In this document: one piece after another, positions 30,375 through 39,838 of the stretch | Layout: every line of letters starts with the position of its first letter | Numbering within the stretch: the stretch's first letter is position 1 | Source of the DNA: Gammaproteobacteria bacterium | GTDB lineage: Bacteria; Pseudomonadota; Gammaproteobacteria; CBDBNL01; JAAOII01 | Direction of reading: 5' to 3' | Length of the DNA: 64,000 nucleotides | Assembly (NCBI GenBank): GCA_965209035.1 | Contig: OZ242372.1 | Location: 648,958 to 712,957 of the forward strand | Translations under genes and position numbers: made by a program | Notes under the pieces: model-generated | Told to the model about the DNA's origin: nothing | The model's database searches: none | Seen by the model: the letters and a program-made list of their open reading frames with translations, nothing else

Positions 30375-31674
30375 TGCATAGTCTCATAAAGGTTCTGGAC
30401 TCTGAGTTTGGTATTGTGCGTCCTCAGATCAAGCAGCCGGAGGTTCTGTCGGACGGGTCGAAAATAGATCCGGCAACGGGTCTTCGGTATGTGGAGCTAG
30501 ATGAATGAAACGGGCAAGAAGGACGGATAGCTGTTTTGCTCTCACCGCCGCAGACAGCGGAGGCTTGTTGTTGATAAAACTGTCTAGGTGTATCCGCTGG
30601 CGAGACGGTACGGTTTGTGAGGGCAGCCGGACTGCACATTGGAAATGAGAGGAACACGTTTACGCTACATTGGTTATCGCGTGCGCGGTTTCAATAAAAT
30701 GGTGGTTTTAGCAAACAAATATTCAAACATGTCTAAAACCACCAAAATCAAACTGGACACCTTAGCGTTCGCGCGCAAACATGGTGTCGCGGCGGCGCTG
30801 GATCATGCCGGGATCAGTCGTGCTACATTCTACGAGTGGCAGCGGCGTTTCCGTGAAGGCGGGGTCGATGAACTGGCGAACAACTATGGGTATCAGCCCA
30901 AGCGGTCCAACACCTGGCCACCGGCACTGATTGACAAGATCCGGTCTTGGCGACAAGAGCGACCGAATATCGGTCCCAATAAACTGGTCTGCTTGTTACC
31001 CGAATGGTGCCAGCAGCAGGGGCTGCCGGCACCCAGCCGGTCAACCATTGCCCGCATCATCGCTGATGCACCGGGTAAGATGCGGCACCAGTCATCGCTG
31101 ACCGAGCAGAAGAACCCGCGGCAAGGTGCTCCTCGCGAGCGCAAGGACATCTGCTTTGTTGCGGGCCGGAGAGGTGAATGTGTTGCCTTTGATACGCTCG
31201 TCCGCATCGTCGATGGCCGGCGCTTTTATTGGCATGTCGGCATTGACCTATTTTCCCGCTTCTCACTGGTCAGTGTCGACACCTCCGCTGCTTCGGCCAG
31301 TTCCGCCCGGCTCTTTACCGCCATGCAAAACATACTCGGCACTCGGATCGAAAAAGTCCTCACCGATAATGGCAGTGAGTTCGCCAAAGACTTTCACCGG
31401 ATCGTGACCGCAAACGGCAGCACCCACTGGTATACTTATCCAAGGAAACCGCAAATGAATGCACACTGCGAACGGTTTAATCGCACTCTCTGGGAAGAGT
31501 TCGGTTGTCATATGCGGCATCTCTTGGTTAAGGATATGCCGGCATTCAACGCCAAACTCATCGAGTGGTTGGCTTGGTATAATCTTGAACGTCCCCATTA
31601 TGCTCTCAAACAACTCTCGCCGATCCAATTTTTGCAAAAACAACAAAAGTCCAGAAATGGGTGGGACCATACAA
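30375..31674 (+). mobile_element. IS element copy 1 (IS481-like, 1300 bp)
   Basis: A 1300-bp unit repeated in direct tandem. Left end TGCATAGTCTCATAAAGGTTCTGGAC, right end ...GTCCAGAAATGGGTGGGACCATACAA (imperfect terminal inverted repeats sharing TTCTGGAC). It is flanked by TTTGA / TTTG and encodes a single HTH plus rve-type transposase. Confidence 0.75.
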
Positions 31675-31685
31675 TTTGTGCATGA
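30729..31685 (+). CDS. Transposase (HTH + DDE/rve integrase core), IS481-family-like
   Basis: N-terminal HTH ('ISRATFYEWQRRFREGG'), an rve core with 'D..D' and the C-terminal 'NAHCERFNRTLWEEF' E-motif. Single ORF with no frameshift. Confidence 0.8.
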   Translation: MSKTTKIKLDTLAFARKHGVAAALDHAGISRATFYEWQRRFREGGVDELANNYGYQPKRSNTWPPALIDKIRSWRQERPNIGPNKLVCLLPEWCQQQGLPAPSRSTIARIIADAPGKMRHQSSLTEQKNPRQGAPRERKDICFVAGRRGECVAFDTLVRIVDGRRFYWHVGIDLFSRFSLVSVDTSAASASSARLFTAMQNILGTRIEKVLTDNGSEFAKDFHRIVTANGSTHWYTYPRKPQMNAHCERFNRTLWEEFGCHMRHLLVKDMPAFNAKLIEWLAWYNLERPHYALKQLSPIQFLQKQQKSRNGWDHTICA

Positions 31686-32978
31686 TCTCATAAAGGTTCT
31701 GGACTCTGAGTTCGGCATTGTGCGTCCTCAGATCAAGCGGCCGGAGGTTCTGTCGGACGGGTCGAAAATAGATCCGGCAACGGGCCTTCGGTATGTGGAG
31801 CTAGATGAATGAAACGGGCAAGAAGGACGGATAGCTGTTTTGCTCTCACCGCCGCAGACAGCGGAGGCTTGTTGTTGATAAAACTGTCTAGGTGTATCCG
31901 CTGGCGAGACGGTACGGTTTGTGAGGGCAGCCGGACTGCACATTGGAAATGAGAGGGACACGTTTACGCTACATTGGTTATCGCGTGCGCGGTTTCAATA
32001 AAATGGTGGTTTTAGCAAATCAATATTTAAACATGTCTAAAACCACCAAAATAAAACTGGACACCTTGGCGTTCGCGCGCAAACATGGTGTCGCGGCCGC
32101 GTTGGATCATACCAGGATCAGTCGTGCTACATTCTACGAGTGGCAGCGGCGTTTCCGTGAAGGCGGGGTCGATGAACTGGCGAACAACTATGGGTATCAG
32201 CCCAAGCGGTCCAACACCTGGCCACCGGCACTGATTACCAAGATCCGATCTTGGCGACAACAGCGTCCGAACATCGGTGCCGGTAAACTGGTCTGCTTGT
32301 TACCCGAATGGTGTCAGCAGCGCGGGCTGCCGCTGCCCAGCCAATCAACGCTCTCTCGCATCATTGCCGATGACCCGGATAAGATGCGGTGCAAACCATC
32401 GCGGTCCGTGCCGAAACGCCCGCGGCATGGTGCTCCGCGCGAGCGCAAGGACACCCGCTTTGTTGCGGGCCGGAGAGGTGAATGTGTTGCCTTTGATACG
32501 CTCGTCCGCATCGTCGATGGCCGGCGCTTTTATTGGCATGTCGGCATTGACCTATTTTCCCGCTTCTCACTGGTCAGTGTCGACACCTCCGCTGCTTCGG
32601 CCAGTTCCGCCCGGCTCTTTACCGCCATGCAAAACATACTCGGCACTCGGATCGAAAAAGTCCTCACCGATAATGGCAGTGAGTTCGCCAAAGACTTTCA
32701 CCGGGTCGTGACCGCAAACGGCAGCACCCACTGGTATACCTATCCAAGGAAACCGCAAATGAATGCACACTGCGAACGGTTTAATCGCACTCTCTGGGAA
32801 GAGTTCGGTTGTCATATGCGGCATCTCTTGGTTAAGGATATGCCGGCATTCAACGCCAAACTCATCGAGTGGTTGGCTTGGTATAATCTGGAACGTCCCC
32901 ATTATGCTCTCAAACAACTCTCGCCAATCCAGTTTTTGCAAAAACAACAAAAGTCCAGAAATGGGTGGGATCATACAA
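31679..32978 (+). mobile_element. IS element copy 2 (IS481-like, 1300 bp), separated from copy 1 by 4 bp (TTTG) and followed by TTTGA
   Basis: Near-identical ends to copy 1. One internal segment is highly diverged from copy 1. Confidence 0.75.
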
Positions 32979-32983
32979 TTTGA
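32033..32983 (+). CDS. Transposase (second copy)
   Basis: Same architecture as the copy-1 transposase. Confidence 0.8.
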   Translation: MSKTTKIKLDTLAFARKHGVAAALDHTRISRATFYEWQRRFREGGVDELANNYGYQPKRSNTWPPALITKIRSWRQQRPNIGAGKLVCLLPEWCQQRGLPLPSQSTLSRIIADDPDKMRCKPSRSVPKRPRHGAPRERKDTRFVAGRRGECVAFDTLVRIVDGRRFYWHVGIDLFSRFSLVSVDTSAASASSARLFTAMQNILGTRIEKVLTDNGSEFAKDFHRVVTANGSTHWYTYPRKPQMNAHCERFNRTLWEEFGCHMRHLLVKDMPAFNAKLIEWLAWYNLERPHYALKQLSPIQFLQKQQKSRNGWDHTI

Positions 32984-33016
32984 CCTCATCCCGGTATTTT
33001 TGACTTATAATACAAG

Positions 33017-33057
33017 AAATATTATTATATTTAATTAACAACAAAGGAGTAATTATT
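33017..33057 (+). promoter_or_regulatory. Putative sigma70 promoter (TTGACT-17-TATTAT) and AAAGGAG Shine-Dalgarno for the symporter gene
   Basis: Motifs read at 33017-33049, beginning about 40 bp after the IS right end. Confidence 0.35.
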
Positions 33058-34986
33058 ATGCAAGCTGCAGTTCTTTGGCTGTGGGTTTTAGTTGTCCTGT
33101 ATTGGGCATATTGCATCTACTGGGGTATCCGGTGTATGCGTATGTCCAAGACAGCGGGAGATTACATGATTGCGGGGAGAAGTCTTCCAATCTGGGTATA
33201 TGTCCTGGCAGCAACTGCCACATCCTTTTCCGGCTGGACTTTTGTCGGCCACCCCGGTCTGTTATACACATCCGGGTTTCAATATGCTTACGCATCTTTT
33301 TATGCTATTACTATTCCGCTTACCGGTCTTCTGTTCCTTAAAAGGCAATGGCTGCTCGGCAAACGTTTCGGTTATGTAACACCGGGCGAAATGTTCGGTG
33401 ATTATTTCCGTTCCAATGCCATTCGTGTGTTGATCGTAATAGTTGCGTTTATATTTTCCGTGCCTTATCTGGGCATTCAGTTACGTGCCTCCGGCTTTTT
33501 GTTTCATGTATTGACAAACGAGGCCGTAGGTATTAACGCAGGGATGATCCTTCTTTCCGCGGTGGTGATACTTTATGTAGCATCCGGTGGTCTGAGGGCT
33601 GTTGCCTATGTGGATACATTGCAAGCAGTTTTGCTGGCATTCGGTATTCTACTCATTGGCTTTATCTCTCTGACTGCAATAGGCGGGATAGAAAGCTTTT
33701 CACGAGGGATTTTCCAGTTATCTCAAATTGATCAAAACCGAACACCGGCGGGTTATAGCCATTACATCGCCATTCCGGGAGTCATTCAGTTTGTATCCGC
33801 GGGTGCCAAGGCACAAGGCGGAGCATGGACCGGGGCAATGAATCTGACTTATATGTTCGCTCTTATGGGTATTCAATCCTCGCCGGCATTTTCTATGTGG
33901 GCATTTGCCAATCAAACACCGCGTTCCTTCGCACCTCAACAGGTATGGGCGTCTTCTTTTGGTATTGGTTTCATTCTGATCGTCTTTACCGCGATTCAAG
34001 GTATGGGCGGACATCTGCTTGGAGCGGATACGGCTTTCAACGCCGCATACCCAAACAGTGTGAATAATATCCTGGGAGATGGCCTTGGCGGCTTGGATCT
34101 GCTTCAAGTTGCCGGCGCCCAAGGGCAGTTGGTTCCGCGCTTGATTCAGTCTCTGGGCGATACTGCTCCGTTTCTGGTGGGTCTGCTGGCAGTCTGTGCG
34201 CTTGCCGCAATGCAATCCACAGGTGCGGCTTATATGTCCACGGCCGGTACCATGCTGACACGCGATGTCCTCTTACATTTCTTCAATCCGAAAATGTCGG
34301 ACGGCACACAAAAATTTTGGGCGCGTCTCAGTGTGTTAGTTATTGTTGGCTTGGCATTGGTTGTTGCGATCACTTCCACGGATGCTCTGGTTCTGCTCGG
34401 CGGGCTGGCAGTCGCATTTGGTTTTCAAATGTGGACAGCTCTCATGGCGATATGCTACTTTCCTTGGCTTACCAGAACCGGTGTTGTCGTTGGCTTGGTT
34501 TTGGGACTGATTGCCGTGATGATGACGGAAAGCATCGGCGTATCCTGGTTTGGCATAGAAGCCTGGGGTCGCTGGCCTCTGACATTGCATTCCGCTTTCT
34601 GGGGTATGCTGTTTAACCTGCCTGTGGCAATTGCCATTTCGTTCTTCACGCAGAACGCGGAAGATGCCGCACACAAAAATAAGTTCCACGACTTTTTGCG
34701 CGCCCACAGCGGCGTTCCGCAAGAGAAGAGAAGTTTGGTGCCGGTGGCATGGATCTTCGCTTTGGTGTGGTTCTTCTTTGGCGTAGGACCCGGTGCGGTC
34801 ATTGGCAATACTCTGTTTGGCAATCCCAACGATATTAACACCTGGCTTTTTGGCATCCCTTCCATTTGGACATGGCAAATCATCTGGTGGGCTATCGGGG
34901 TTTGCATGATGTGGTTTCTTGCTTATAAGATGGAATTTTCCACCTTTGGCGAGAAAGCGGACAGCATCAAGACCCTAAAAGAATAA
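33058..34986 (+). CDS. Sodium:solute symporter family (SSS/SSF) transporter
   Basis: 642 aa with at least 13 predicted TM segments and a 'GRSLP' motif near TM1 characteristic of the SSS family. Substrate unknown; the neighbouring acs suggests possible acetate or monocarboxylate uptake, which is inference only. Confidence 0.72.
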   Translation: MQAAVLWLWVLVVLYWAYCIYWGIRCMRMSKTAGDYMIAGRSLPIWVYVLAATATSFSGWTFVGHPGLLYTSGFQYAYASFYAITIPLTGLLFLKRQWLLGKRFGYVTPGEMFGDYFRSNAIRVLIVIVAFIFSVPYLGIQLRASGFLFHVLTNEAVGINAGMILLSAVVILYVASGGLRAVAYVDTLQAVLLAFGILLIGFISLTAIGGIESFSRGIFQLSQIDQNRTPAGYSHYIAIPGVIQFVSAGAKAQGGAWTGAMNLTYMFALMGIQSSPAFSMWAFANQTPRSFAPQQVWASSFGIGFILIVFTAIQGMGGHLLGADTAFNAAYPNSVNNILGDGLGGLDLLQVAGAQGQLVPRLIQSLGDTAPFLVGLLAVCALAAMQSTGAAYMSTAGTMLTRDVLLHFFNPKMSDGTQKFWARLSVLVIVGLALVVAITSTDALVLLGGLAVAFGFQMWTALMAICYFPWLTRTGVVVGLVLGLIAVMMTESIGVSWFGIEAWGRWPLTLHSAFWGMLFNLPVAIAISFFTQNAEDAAHKNKFHDFLRAHSGVPQEKRSLVPVAWIFALVWFFFGVGPGAVIGNTLFGNPNDINTWLFGIPSIWTWQIIWWAIGVCMMWFLAYKMEFSTFGEKADSIKTLKE

Positions 34987-35021
34987 GGGGATTGCAAACC
35001 TAATAACCATCCCGACCATTT

Positions 35022-35231
35022 ATGCTTCTCGGCGTAGTCATTTTGGCGGCACTGCTTTATTATCCGGTGTATCGGTTAATTCTTGTGTTAAGTGTCGGTC
35101 GCCTGCAGAAAAAACTCGGCAAACCTCTGTCCGAAGAGGAAATCAACGGACAGAAACGCCGGGCACTTTTTATTTCTATTCTGCTGGTGCCCGTGTTTTC
35201 GTACATTTACAATGTGGGGATAAACGCTTGA
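35022..35231 (+). CDS. Small two-TM membrane protein of unknown function
   Basis: 69 aa with two hydrophobic helices. Its stop overlaps the start of the next gene (TGAATG). Confidence 0.4.
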   Translation: MLLGVVILAALLYYPVYRLILVLSVGRLQKKLGKPLSEEEINGQKRRALFISILLVPVFSYIYNVGINA

Positions 35232-35819
35232 ATGAAGCAAGACAGCCAATATGCGGCTCTTAAGTATGTCGCCTTTGGACTGGGAGCGGTATGGTTAATA
35301 TGGATCTTTTATGACGGCGTCCTGCAGGACGCCGGAGATCCATTAAAATCCGCTTACAATCGCGCATCGCGCGATTTTAAAGACGGTCATTACGACAAAG
35401 CACTCGCAAGTTATGATGCCGTGCTTTCCATTGAGCCAAACCACGAGGGGGCTCTTGGCGGCAAGGCCGCTTCTTTTTCAATGCTTGGACGATACCAAGA
35501 ATCTTTGGAAACTTACAATTTTTTAATTCGCGAATATCCGGGAGACGGCATTCATTATGCCAATCGCGGCATACTGCACGACAGGATGGGCTCTTATCGC
35601 CCGGCAATAGCCGACTATGACAAGGCTTATCAGCTGGATAAGGATCTGAACAAGGGACCGGGTTGGTTGACGCGGTTTTTACGCAATCAACAAAAAACTC
35701 CCGCTACCATAGTTGCCAGATCACATTACCTGAAAGAGCAACTGAAGTTGCCACCGCAGGAAAGAGTTTTGACTAACCCGCCGGAAGACAAAAAACAAAG
35801 ACCCTATATCAGAAGATAG
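35232..35819 (+). CDS. TPR-repeat protein with N-terminal TM anchor
   Basis: N-terminal TM helix followed by three or four TPR-like units (e.g. 'HYDKALASYDAVLSIEPNH', 'YQESLETYNFLIREYP', 'YRPAIADYDKAYQLD'). Confidence 0.6.
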   Translation: MKQDSQYAALKYVAFGLGAVWLIWIFYDGVLQDAGDPLKSAYNRASRDFKDGHYDKALASYDAVLSIEPNHEGALGGKAASFSMLGRYQESLETYNFLIREYPGDGIHYANRGILHDRMGSYRPAIADYDKAYQLDKDLNKGPGWLTRFLRNQQKTPATIVARSHYLKEQLKLPPQERVLTNPPEDKKQRPYIRR

Positions 35820-35862
35820 CGGGTCTATGCCATGCGGGGCTGTGCGGGGCCGTGCGGGGTTA

Positions 35863-36999
35863 TTACCGGCTGATCCTTTTTTGAGTGCGCGGAGAAAACA
35901 GATGGAATTCTTTAACACTGAGACGAATTTTTTCGCCGACGCCAAAGTTTTGCCGTCGATGAAACAGGACAATTAATGGGTCTCCGGGCGGCGACAGACA
36001 ATGCAGCACAGTTTGTGAACCCGTGTGTTCCGCCAATGTAACCCGCACTTCCGTTCCTTCTCTCGTGCTCGCTTCTTTGTCTTTTTTAATGCTCTTTTTT
36101 TCCGAAGCAGATAAATGAAAATGTTCGGGGCGAACACCGAGGATCACTTCTTTCTCCCTATTATCATTGTTATCATTACCTTTTACACTTGCGACATCCG
36201 TATTGGGTAACTCGAGTGACCAGTTGTTTTTATGAAATACAAGTGCGCCCTTCTCTCTTCGCACAGTTCCCCGGATAAAATTCATTGCCGGCGAGCCAAT
36301 GAAACCCGCCACAAACAGGTTGTTCGGTTTGTCATACAACTCCATCGGTTTTCCCTGCCGAACAATGCGACCGCGATCCAAAATGACGACTTGATCGGCA
36401 AGGGTCATGGCTTCCACCTGGTCGTGGGTTACATAAATAATGGTGTTCTTAAATTTTTGATGCAGTCTTTTGATTTCGGAACGCATGTGCATACGCAATT
36501 TGGCGTCCAAGTTAGACAGAGGTTCGTCAAACAAAAATAAATCGGGATTACGCACCAGAGCGCGACCCATCGCAACGCGTTGCCTTTGGCCGCCGGATAA
36601 TTGGGCGGGGCGATAACTGAGTTGCTCGCGAAGATTGAGCGTATCGGCGACCTCCCCCACCCTTCTTTTTATTTCTTTGGCGGATACCTTGCGAATTTTT
36701 AAGCCGTAAGAAATATTGTCGTAAACATTCATATGGGGAAAGAGCGCGTAGCTCTGAAAAACCATTGAAGTGTTTCTTTGTTGGGGAGCGAGACGGGTGT
36801 AGTCCCGGTTATTGACTAGAACCCGTCCCCGGGTGGGCTCTTCCAGACCGGCAATGATCCGCAGAAGAGTTGTTTTGCCGCAACCGGAAGGGCCGATCAG
36901 GACGACAAATTCTTTATCGGCAATTTTCATGTTGATGTTTTCAAGGACAGCTTTGTCGCCAAATGATTTGTCAATGTTTTTGATTTCAAGTTTTGCCAT
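35863..36999 (-). CDS. Sugar ABC transporter ATP-binding protein (MalK/UgpC type)
   Basis: Walker A 'GPSGCGKTT', signature 'LSGGQRQR', Walker B 'FLFDEPLSNLD', and a C-terminal MalK-like regulatory (TOBE) domain. Confidence 0.88.
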   Translation of the reverse strand: MAKLEIKNIDKSFGDKAVLENINMKIADKEFVVLIGPSGCGKTTLLRIIAGLEEPTRGRVLVNNRDYTRLAPQQRNTSMVFQSYALFPHMNVYDNISYGLKIRKVSAKEIKRRVGEVADTLNLREQLSYRPAQLSGGQRQRVAMGRALVRNPDLFLFDEPLSNLDAKLRMHMRSEIKRLHQKFKNTIIYVTHDQVEAMTLADQVVILDRGRIVRQGKPMELYDKPNNLFVAGFIGSPAMNFIRGTVRREKGALVFHKNNWSLELPNTDVASVKGNDNNDNREKEVILGVRPEHFHLSASEKKSIKKDKEASTREGTEVRVTLAEHTGSQTVLHCLSPPGDPLIVLFHRRQNFGVGEKIRLSVKEFHLFSPRTQKRISR

Positions 37000-37029
37000 G
37001 GTGTTACTGTTTGTGTTTGTTTGTTATTG

Positions 37030-37830
37030 TTAGAAACTGTTTGTGTTGCTGTCGGTGATCTCGGCTGCCATGCCAATATTGCCGACACTCAGTCCGCAAT
37101 CTACGGGTAGCAGAACGCCGCTAATGGCGGCTGCCTTGTCCGAGAGTAAGAATTCGGCCGCATCGGCAATATCCTGCGGACAGACCAAGCGGCCGAGCGG
37201 ATAATATTTGCGGAGAGTTTGCATTAGTTGCGGTCGCTTGGCCAGACGCTGTTCCCAGGCGACTGTCTTGACAGAACCGGGACAGATGGCATTAATCCGC
37301 AGTCCGTGACGGCCGTATTCGGCCGCCAGGGAAAAGACCATATTATGAAGAGCCGCTTTGGCCGCACTGTAGGCCGGATTCCCGTAATACCGGAAACCGT
37401 TGACACTACCGATGAACAACATCACTCCCGCCCTTTTTATGAAGGCCGGCATCAGCGCATGGCAACAATAATAGGCGGAATTCATATTTAAGTTCATCTC
37501 CGTTTGCCATTGGGTCGGGTCTAAGGCCGCGTATGTTTCCGCTCGGGTCTCGCCGACATTGTTGATAAACCTTGTAATGCCAGAATTCTCCGCGGGCAAC
37601 CGAGAAAAAACCTTCGCCACTTCGGCGGCGGAAGTAACATCCAAGCAGACAAACCGTACTCTGCCATCGCATTCGGTGAGAGTGTTGTTAATGCGTTCGG
37701 CGGATTTTTGCCCCGCCTTCTCGTCCCGGTCTATGGCGAACACTTGCATACCCAAGCGGGCAAAATGAGCGGTCAGTGCTTCGCCTATGCCTTTGGCAGA
37801 TCCGGTAATGATGATCCCTGCGGCTTTCAT
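37030..37830 (-). CDS. Short-chain dehydrogenase/reductase (SDR) family oxidoreductase
   Basis: 'ITGSAKGIG' cofactor-binding motif, catalytic 'YSAAK', and a 'NAICPG' region. Confidence 0.88.
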   Translation of the reverse strand: MKAAGIIITGSAKGIGEALTAHFARLGMQVFAIDRDEKAGQKSAERINNTLTECDGRVRFVCLDVTSAAEVAKVFSRLPAENSGITRFINNVGETRAETYAALDPTQWQTEMNLNMNSAYYCCHALMPAFIKRAGVMLFIGSVNGFRYYGNPAYSAAKAALHNMVFSLAAEYGRHGLRINAICPGSVKTVAWEQRLAKRPQLMQTLRKYYPLGRLVCPQDIADAAEFLLSDKAAAISGVLLPVDCGLSVGNIGMAAEITDSNTNSF

Positions 37831-39011
37831 ATGGCGTTCCGGCCTCTTTTGTGCAAAATTTGTTTAAGGGTTTTCAAATTATCGGTTGTTAGGAGACCGT
37901 AGTTATAAAAAGCAATTTGAGGAATTTCGTGCTTTGCCAATTCCGGAAGTATTTGATTGAGTTCTTCGGTCTGCATATCCGGTAAGCCGGGACGCAGAAT
38001 GCAGTTGATGTCTGCCTTTGCCGCGGCCGAGCGATTGCGAACCATTAGGAAATTGGCAAGAATTTTTGTGAAGTTGTCGCCATAAAGCGGAAGTTCCAAA
38101 TAATCCGACGCTTTGGCAAGGGCGGCATAATCCGTTCCTTCGGTCCAAGCAAGGCCGAGCGGTTGTCGAACACTCGGGATACAACCCAGGGATACCGCCG
38201 AAGGAATACTTTGTTTTATCTCGCCGACCAAAGATGTCACTTGTTGGCTGCGCCAATTAATGAAATCACCGAGGCCTTCGCCTTGTTTGTCTTGCAGAAA
38301 ATCATAGAGCATCCAGCTTTCGGCACTGTCGGCGAGATCCGGCGCGTAGTTTAGTTGAAAATCCAATTGCTTTTTGACTTTGTCACGGACGGAAACAAAG
38401 TCTATGCCGGCCGCCTCGGCTCGCTTTTGGCAGGCCTCGCAAAAACACAATCCCAGCAGAGTTTCAACAAAAGCATTGAGCGGAAATTGCGAAAATTCAT
38501 GGTGGTAACCGTGCGCGTAAGGCATAAAGCCGGGCGTTTCAACAACGATGCTTTGGATGGGATAATTCTCGGCCAGGTCTTTGCAGAGAGTGACGGCGTA
38601 TTCTCGGACAGAATCTTGAGACAAGCATAAGTTGTACACATATCCGTCGCCATAGACATTCTTGACTGTGAGGTGCGGGTGTTTGCCACCCAGTCGGCTG
38701 TTGTGAAAGAGCACTGTCCAAGCGCGAACATCGGCTTGAGTGGCAATCTTTTTATAAAGATCCGTATCGTTTACGATGGAACTCATTTGGGGTTTGACTT
38801 CGCCGTAAACCGCCCGCGGACGAAAGTAAACCGTGCCGTCTTCGGGAAAGTAAACGCGAGATTTTTGGTTGCGCGGCTGCAAGAACTTGCCGGCATGATA
38901 GGATGCCGCCAGAGTGATGCTGTCGCAGCCGAGGGATTTTAAGTCAGTTAATGCGTCCCGCAGTGGTCTGTCGGCCAGGTCCCATAAGTATACATAAGCG
39001 GAAAATTTCAT
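37827..39011 (-). CDS. Hypothetical protein (394 aa), possible TIM-barrel-type carbohydrate-active enzyme, embedded in the sugar ABC operon
   Basis: Start MKFSAYVYLWDL at 39011, overlapping the upstream permease stop. Its own stop overlaps the SDR start. I recognise no signature motif, so the function is not assignable from the sequence. Confidence 0.45.
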   Translation of the reverse strand: MKFSAYVYLWDLADRPLRDALTDLKSLGCDSITLAASYHAGKFLQPRNQKSRVYFPEDGTVYFRPRAVYGEVKPQMSSIVNDTDLYKKIATQADVRAWTVLFHNSRLGGKHPHLTVKNVYGDGYVYNLCLSQDSVREYAVTLCKDLAENYPIQSIVVETPGFMPYAHGYHHEFSQFPLNAFVETLLGLCFCEACQKRAEAAGIDFVSVRDKVKKQLDFQLNYAPDLADSAESWMLYDFLQDKQGEGLGDFINWRSQQVTSLVGEIKQSIPSAVSLGCIPSVRQPLGLAWTEGTDYAALAKASDYLELPLYGDNFTKILANFLMVRNRSAAAKADINCILRPGLPDMQTEELNQILPELAKHEIPQIAFYNYGLLTTDNLKTLKQILHKRGRNAI

Positions 39012-39838
39012 TTTACCGCTCCCATGGACAGACCTTCTATGAGGTACTTTTGCAGCCAAGCAAAAGCGATCGCCACGGGAAGAATTGCAAGCAGACTGGC
39101 GCCCATCACATGATGCCATTCTATTGAGTATCGGCCGCCGACCAGAGAATGAACTTGCAAAGTGAGGGTGAACTTCTCTTGCGAACGCAGCACGGACAGG
39201 GCTATGACGAATTCATTCCATGCCATGACGAAAGTGAAAATGGCGGCTACAACCAGGGCCGGAAGTGCAAGGGGTAAAAATACGCCGATGACGCCGCGCA
39301 GCCTTCCGCAGCCTTCCAGCCAGGCCGCTTCTTCCAGATCCTTGGGGATCGTCGCAAAGTAATTTTGCAGCATCCAAACACAAAACGCAAGATTGAAAGC
39401 GGTATAACATAAAACCAGAGAATTCAGTTGGTCTATGAGACCCAGATAAGCAATGAGTTTAAACAGCCCGACGACAAGAACAATCGGCGAGAGCATTTGA
39501 GTTACCAGTAAGAAGTAACTGACAAAATTTTTGGCGCGAAATTTGTAACGTGCCAGCGCGTAAGCCATCGGGACGGCAATGAACAGAGTGCAGATGGTGC
39601 TGGCACCCGCCACATACAAACTGTTAACCAGGGCTCTGCCGAAGCCGGTCGCTTGCCACATGTCCGCATAGTTCCGCCAATTGAACATTTCGGGCAGCCA
39701 GCGAGTCGGATAGGCGAATACTTCCGCCTGGGACTTGAGCGAGGTGAGCAGCATGACAGCCATCGGGAACAAAATAAAAAATAGAACCGGAAGCATGAAC
39801 GACCAGCAGATTAAAGTCTTATATAGTTTGTTTTGCAC
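39008..39838 (-). CDS. Sugar ABC transporter permease (MalG/UgpE-like)
   Basis: Six TM segments and an EAA-like loop ('LEEAAWLEGCG...'). Confidence 0.82.
   Translation of the reverse strand: MQNKLYKTLICWSFMLPVLFFILFPMAVMLLTSLKSQAEVFAYPTRWLPEMFNWRNYADMWQATGFGRALVNSLYVAGASTICTLFIAVPMAYALARYKFRAKNFVSYFLLVTQMLSPIVLVVGLFKLIAYLGLIDQLNSLVLCYTAFNLAFCVWMLQNYFATIPKDLEEAAWLEGCGRLRGVIGVFLPLALPALVVAAIFTFVMAWNEFVIALSVLRSQEKFTLTLQVHSLVGGRYSIEWHHVMGASLLAILPVAIAFAWLQKYLIEGLSMGAVK

Noticed and set aside
30424-30657. 77-aa ORF antisense at the left end of the IS, repeated at 31728..31961
   Set aside because: It is present in both copies only because the whole IS is duplicated. It lies antisense to the transposase leader and has no recognisable domain, so it is probably not a gene.
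30375-32978. Possible CRISPR array or other repeat array, given the long direct repeats
   Set aside because: The repeats are 1.3-kb units encoding a DDE transposase, not short repeat-spacer units. There are no cas genes in the window.
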